Source of the DNA: Promethearchaeati archaeon
GTDB lineage: Archaea > Asgardarchaeota > Heimdallarchaeia > Heimdallarchaeales > Heimdallarchaeaceae
Assembly (NCBI GenBank): GCA_013166775.1
Contig: JABLTJ010000014.1
Location: forward strand, 32,001-96,000
Reading direction: 5' to 3'
DNA: 64,000 nucleotides
The position numbers and the translations under genes are program-made. Of this stretch, positions 59,566-64,000 are shown piece after piece. Positions within the stretch are counted from its first letter, which is position 1. Every line of letters starts with the position of its first letter. The notes beneath the pieces are model-generated. The model did not search any database. It was given only the letters and a program-made list of their open reading frames with translations, and was not told the origin of the DNA.

Positions 59566-60522
59566 TTAGTATGTCACGCCTAATCTTTTGCTGATGCCAT
59601 CAAGCATTACTTTAACCATATCCTCAAACTCAAATTCAGGTTGCCAACCCCATTCTTCTCTAGCGACAGAATCATCTAGTGATTGTGGCCATGTTCGAGC
59701 TATCCCATCTCTGAAATCGGGTTCATAAGTAATCTCAAATTCAGGGATATATTTCTTGATTTCATCAGCTAATTCTGCAGGAGTAAAACTCATAGCAGTA
59801 ACATTGAATGCGCGATGTTTGAGTTTCTCATAAGGAGCTTCAATCAAATCAAAAGTAGACTTCAGACAATCACTCATTAACATCATTGGTAACCTTACAT
59901 CTGCTCCAAGGAAACAAGTATATTTCTTTTTCTTGAGAGCTTCATAAAAGATCCAAATAGCATAATCAGTAGTTCCTCCACCTGGTTCTTCAGGGCTTAA
60001 AACACCAGGATAGCGTAAACTCCTGAAATCCATTCCATACTTTTTATTGTAATAATTTCCCATAAGTTCAGTATAGACTTTTGATATACCATAAATAGAA
60101 GTAGGTTCCATTATTGTTGTATTGGGAGTATCCACTAAGGGAGTTGTTGGACCAAAAGCAGCTATTGAGGAAGGAGCAAAAAGTTGTTCAAGATTTAGTT
60201 CTCTTGAAGCTTCCAATGCATTATAGAATCCTTCAAAATTAATCGAATGTGCAAGTTGTGGATTCTTTTCTCCAGTTGCTGAAAGCACTGAAGCATTATG
60301 AATGAGAATATCAACATCATATTCCACTAACAATGATCTTAATCCATACTGATCTCTAATATCTAATCTATGATAAATAACATCCAACTCTTTGAAGAGA
60401 GGGATTCTCTTTTTCCTACCAGTTGCAATAACATTTTCTTTTCCATATTTCTTCATCATAGCAGGTATTAGTGCTTGACCGATCTGACCATATGATCCCG
60501 TAATTAAGAATCGTTTTGTCAT
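59566..60522 (-). CDS. L-threonine 3-dehydrogenase (SDR/NAD-dependent epimerase type)
   Basis: ITGSYGQIG, LSATGE, PSSIAAFG, YGISK, PGGGTTDYA, WPQSLDDS. Confidence 0.88.
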   Translation of the reverse strand: MTKRFLITGSYGQIGQALIPAMMKKYGKENVIATGRKKRIPLFKELDVIYHRLDIRDQYGLRSLLVEYDVDILIHNASVLSATGEKNPQLAHSINFEGFYNALEASRELNLEQLFAPSSIAAFGPTTPLVDTPNTTIMEPTSIYGISKVYTELMGNYYNKKYGMDFRSLRYPGVLSPEEPGGGTTDYAIWIFYEALKKKKYTCFLGADVRLPMMLMSDCLKSTFDLIEAPYEKLKHRAFNVTAMSFTPAELADEIKKYIPEFEITYEPDFRDGIARTWPQSLDDSVAREEWGWQPEFEFEDMVKVMLDGISKRLGVTY

Positions 60523-60761
60523 GATTTTCACCTTAAAGCTAATACCAGAATCAAATGCTTTTTTAAAAATCTATTGCAATGATATCATCAAAGATTATTT
60601 GAACACAGTTGTGCTTATCTCCTCTAGAAGTATTACATTAGGTTTTAAATTGTTCAAATTTTCATCTTTTCTTTTTGAAAAACTTTATAATAAGCAAAAT
60701 TTAGCCTATAATAATTATAACAGAAGACAATGTTATAAGTATCCATACTTGGGATGGGCAA

Positions 60762-61715
60762 GTGTTGAGTATAGAAGAAAAATCAAAGGCACTAAAATTC
60801 GACAAGAAGGGTATCCCACTTGTAGTCATTGGCTTAGCTCAAGCAGGTAAAACATCCTTTGTCCAGCGAATATTAACTGGAGAATTTCAGACAACGACAA
60901 CTACTATGGGTCTTCAGTTTGAAACTGCAAATGTAGGAGATGCTAGATTCGATATTTTTGATCTTGGAGGTCATATTAGCTATCGAAAATCAATCTGGGA
61001 AACTTATGTTAAACTCGCTTTTGGTATTGTGTTTGTTATTGACTCAGCAAATCCAGATAGCTTTAATGAAGCTAAGGAAGAATTCTGGAAAAGTGTCGAT
61101 CAGAAGGATACTGCAGATGAATTCCTCATTCTATTTCTGTGTAATAAAACTGATCTTGACGATAGTGAAGATTTGGAAATGATCATCAATCACATGGAAT
61201 TATTCAAATTAGCGGAAAAGGTAAATGCTTCCTATCAATTCTTCAAGACTAGTATGAAAACAGGAGAAAACATTGATAATGCTCTGGAATGGTTGAAGAA
61301 AAATACTTCCAAACTTTCTGCAAAACGAGTTGTCGATCCGCTAATGTTTATGTTAGCAGATTTAGAAGGATTTCCTCTCCTTGAGATAGATAAACTTGGA
61401 CTAAAGGAAGACCCTACACTTCTCGCTGGTTTCCTTGCAGCAATAGAAAGTTTTGGCCAGAGGCTTTTTGGTAAAACCGGAATGTTACAGTACATGGTTT
61501 CCGGAGATCACAAGTATATAGTAAAAACAGATGAAAAATATATTTACTCTATGATTATCGCAAAGGAAGAATGCCAAGAGGAAGCAAGAAGACAAATCGA
61601 TATTCTTAGTGAAGTAATAGCAGGGATGAAGGAATTTGGCATTTTAGAAGGAATTGTATTTCAAATTTTGGGTGTTAATCCTTCTGAATATGTTATGGAA
61701 AGAGGATTCAAGTAA
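60762..61715 (+). CDS. Arf/Sar1-family small GTPase fused to a C-terminal longin/roadblock-like domain
   Basis: G1 GLAQAGKTS, G2 TTMG, G3 FDLGGH, G4 NKTD, G5 TSMK; C-terminal DPTLLAGFLAAIESFG. Confidence 0.9.
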   Translation: MLSIEEKSKALKFDKKGIPLVVIGLAQAGKTSFVQRILTGEFQTTTTTMGLQFETANVGDARFDIFDLGGHISYRKSIWETYVKLAFGIVFVIDSANPDSFNEAKEEFWKSVDQKDTADEFLILFLCNKTDLDDSEDLEMIINHMELFKLAEKVNASYQFFKTSMKTGENIDNALEWLKKNTSKLSAKRVVDPLMFMLADLEGFPLLEIDKLGLKEDPTLLAGFLAAIESFGQRLFGKTGMLQYMVSGDHKYIVKTDEKYIYSMIIAKEECQEEARRQIDILSEVIAGMKEFGILEGIVFQILGVNPSEYVMERGFK

Positions 61716-61773
61716 CCTTCAAACATTTTTAACAACTTAAAGAAAAACATAAAAGCAAAGGTCAAACTTTGTT

Positions 61774-63153
61774 GTGAGAACAATGGTTAATCAGTTCTTT
61801 TATCCTAAAACTATTGCTGTAATTGGCGCTACTGCAGATCCCAAGAAATTTGGAAATGCTGTTACAATGAATCTTTTGGAAAACAAAAATCTGCAAAGTG
61901 AAATCTTCCCAATAAATCCTAAATCTGAATTAATCTTAGGTTTGAAAAGTTATCCGTCCATTTTGGAGATAGAACAAAAGATTGATTTAGCTATTCTACT
62001 TGTACCTGCAAAAGCAGTTCCAATCGTAGTTGATCAGTGTGTAGAGAAGCAAGTAAAGAGAATTATCATTATCTCTGCAGGCTTTGGAGAGATTAACGAA
62101 GAGGGAAAGCAACTGGAGAGAGAGATGGTTAGAAAAGTACAAGAGGTAGGATCGAAGATAATTGGTCCTAATTGTGTAGGTATTATGAATTTAGATATAG
62201 GATTGAATGCTTCATTTGTTCTCACACCACTCAAGGGACATGTAAGCATGGTCACACAATCAGGAAGCTTTGGAGCAGCTTGTTTGTATGAGATGTGGTG
62301 GCAAGGTTTAGGATTTTCCAAATTTGCGAATCTTGGTAATATGGCAGATGTGAATTTAACTAATCTTCTTGAGTATTTCAAAGATGATAAAGATACTGAA
62401 GTAGTTTGTATTTACTTGGAGAGTGTTATTGATGGTAGAGCTTTTTACAACAAAATGAAGGAAGTCGCAAACATCAAGCCGACAGTGATTCTCAAAGGTG
62501 GGAGAACTATTGCAGGAATGAAGAGCGCGAGTAGTCATACTGGATCAATAGCTACTGATTATACTTCACTAAAAGCTGCAATCAAACAATCAGGTGCAAC
62601 TTTATGTGAGAGTTTAATGGATTACATTACTGCAATCAAAGCATTCTCGTTTCTACCATTACCTAAAGGAAAGAGAATTGGAATCTTAACTAACTCTGGA
62701 GGAAGTGCAGTTCTTTTCAGTGATAATGCGGAAGAATTTGGTCTAGAAATTGCAGAATTTTCTAAAGATTTTGAAGAAAAAATCAGTCCATTCTTAATCC
62801 CTCTTGTAAAGAAAGTTAACCCATTGGATATGATAGCTGGAGCAGATGGAGAAGCTTACTACAACGTTACAAAAGCAATGCTTGAGAATCCAGAAATAGA
62901 TATAGTTGTTCCATGTGCTGTTATTCCAACATTTCTCGAGATGAAACCAGATGAACACTTCTTAGGTGTTATCAAAGCATGGAATGAAACAGGTAGAAAG
63001 AAACCAATATTACCTATATTCATGAGTGGATCTTTGCTGAAGCATGTTAAAGGAATTGCAGAAGATGAGAAAGTTCCTATCTTTATTTCTCCAAAAGAAG
63101 CTGCTTTTGCTGCTAAGGTACTATTAGATAGAGCTAAAAAACTTCAGAAATAA
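61774..63153 (+). CDS. acdA: Acyl/acetate-CoA ligase (ADP-forming) alpha subunit
   Basis: IAVIGAT, IIGPNCVG, TQSG, SHTG phospho-His, NSGG, NPLD. Confidence 0.88.
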   Translation: MRTMVNQFFYPKTIAVIGATADPKKFGNAVTMNLLENKNLQSEIFPINPKSELILGLKSYPSILEIEQKIDLAILLVPAKAVPIVVDQCVEKQVKRIIIISAGFGEINEEGKQLEREMVRKVQEVGSKIIGPNCVGIMNLDIGLNASFVLTPLKGHVSMVTQSGSFGAACLYEMWWQGLGFSKFANLGNMADVNLTNLLEYFKDDKDTEVVCIYLESVIDGRAFYNKMKEVANIKPTVILKGGRTIAGMKSASSHTGSIATDYTSLKAAIKQSGATLCESLMDYITAIKAFSFLPLPKGKRIGILTNSGGSAVLFSDNAEEFGLEIAEFSKDFEEKISPFLIPLVKKVNPLDMIAGADGEAYYNVTKAMLENPEIDIVVPCAVIPTFLEMKPDEHFLGVIKAWNETGRKKPILPIFMSGSLLKHVKGIAEDEKVPIFISPKEAAFAAKVLLDRAKKLQK

Positions 63154-63392
63154 ATTCGAGTGATTAATTCTTTAATCTTCTCCGCATCATGCGAACGATC
63201 TGGATTTAATTCTGCTCTTCTTTTCATAAAAGAATCGAGATCTTCAACTTCTTTTATTAATCCTCTCTCCATTAAACCTAAGGTAGACAGTAGCATGGTA
63301 ATACTGATTCTTTCTTCTAAGCATTCATGTATCAAAGGTATCGAACGCTCAAAAACTTTAGTTGGGCGTTTTTTGTCGGTAGTTACCATCAA
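63144..63392 (-). CDS. Hypothetical protein
   Basis: 82-aa ORF convergent with acdA. Confidence 0.5.
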   Translation of the reverse strand: MMVTTDKKRPTKVFERSIPLIHECLEERISITMLLSTLGLMERGLIKEVEDLDSFMKRRAELNPDRSHDAEKIKELITRIYF

Positions 63393-63514
63393 GAAGATAT
63401 TCAGAAAATGATATTTAAATCTGTGTCAGACTCCTTTATTACTCTCAGAACATCCAGAATAGCAATTTCCCTTAACCGATACACGTAAAAATGTTTATCT
63501 TTTTTTTTTCTTAA

Positions 63515-63982
63515 ATGGATCAAGAATTTCGATTAGCAACGTTGGAAGAGAAAGAAATAGTTAAGCAGTTACTTATGGAATACAGCAGAGAGTTGTATAA
63601 ATACGAGAGAGTACCTTCAAGTAAGTTTGCTTCTGCTCAGTGCTTTGATGATTACTGGATCGAACACAAGAGATTTCCATTTATCGCAATTCAAAAGGAA
63701 AATGTTGCAGGTATTTGTCTTCTTAGAGATACATGTGAGAGTTATAGTATAGATGAATTCTACATAAAAACCAAATATCGTAGAATAGGTTTAGGAAGGA
63801 AATTTGTTCAGTTTATAGTTGATTTTTGTAGAAAAGATGAGAAACATAAAGAAATATATGCGAACAGCTTAGTTGATAATTTATTAGCTAAATGGTTTTG
63901 GAATTCAGCAGGTTTTAGAACCAAAGAGATTCAAGAAGCAGGAAAAGAGCGATTCTTCATCAATATCAAAAAGATAAACTAG
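63515..63982 (+). CDS. GNAT family N-acetyltransferase
   Basis: EFYIKTKYRRIGLG motif A; NLLAKWFWNSAGF. Confidence 0.88.
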   Translation: MDQEFRLATLEEKEIVKQLLMEYSRELYKYERVPSSKFASAQCFDDYWIEHKRFPFIAIQKENVAGICLLRDTCESYSIDEFYIKTKYRRIGLGRKFVQFIVDFCRKDEKHKEIYANSLVDNLLAKWFWNSAGFRTKEIQEAGKERFFINIKKIN

Positions 63983-64000
63983 AACAAAAAAACTTAGGAG

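Overview
AT-rich archaeal DNA, most likely from an Asgard archaeon (Heimdallarchaeia-like). This is inferred from gene content: an Arf/Sar1-like GTPase fused to a longin-like domain, TPR-longin and TPR-wHTH proteins, many C-terminally anchored surface proteins, TATA-like promoters and GGTGA ribosome-binding sites. The left half is a peptide and amino-acid scavenging region: tandem MFS transporters with a divergent regulator, a Pab87-like peptidase, an opp/dpp ABC operon, a second frameshifted OppA, two subtilases, a secreted serine hydrolase, and an aminotransferase/amidase/MMSDH set. The middle holds a rubredoxin missed by the ORF track, a 1034-aa TPR/longin-like/acidic protein, ftcD with cyclodeaminase, lat, and a 122-nt structured RNA candidate. 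The right third is enriched in genes that usually handle fatty-acyl groups: a type III PKS, DegV, a three-gene activase/reductase set resembling plasmalogen synthase PlsAR and Ger, and a double-GNAT protein resembling eukaryotic N-myristoyltransferase. That protein lies 2 kb from the GTPase, whose upstream sequence is one base short of encoding MGKVLS. No tRNA, CRISPR array or transposase was recognised. All family calls come from motifs read by eye; no searches were run.
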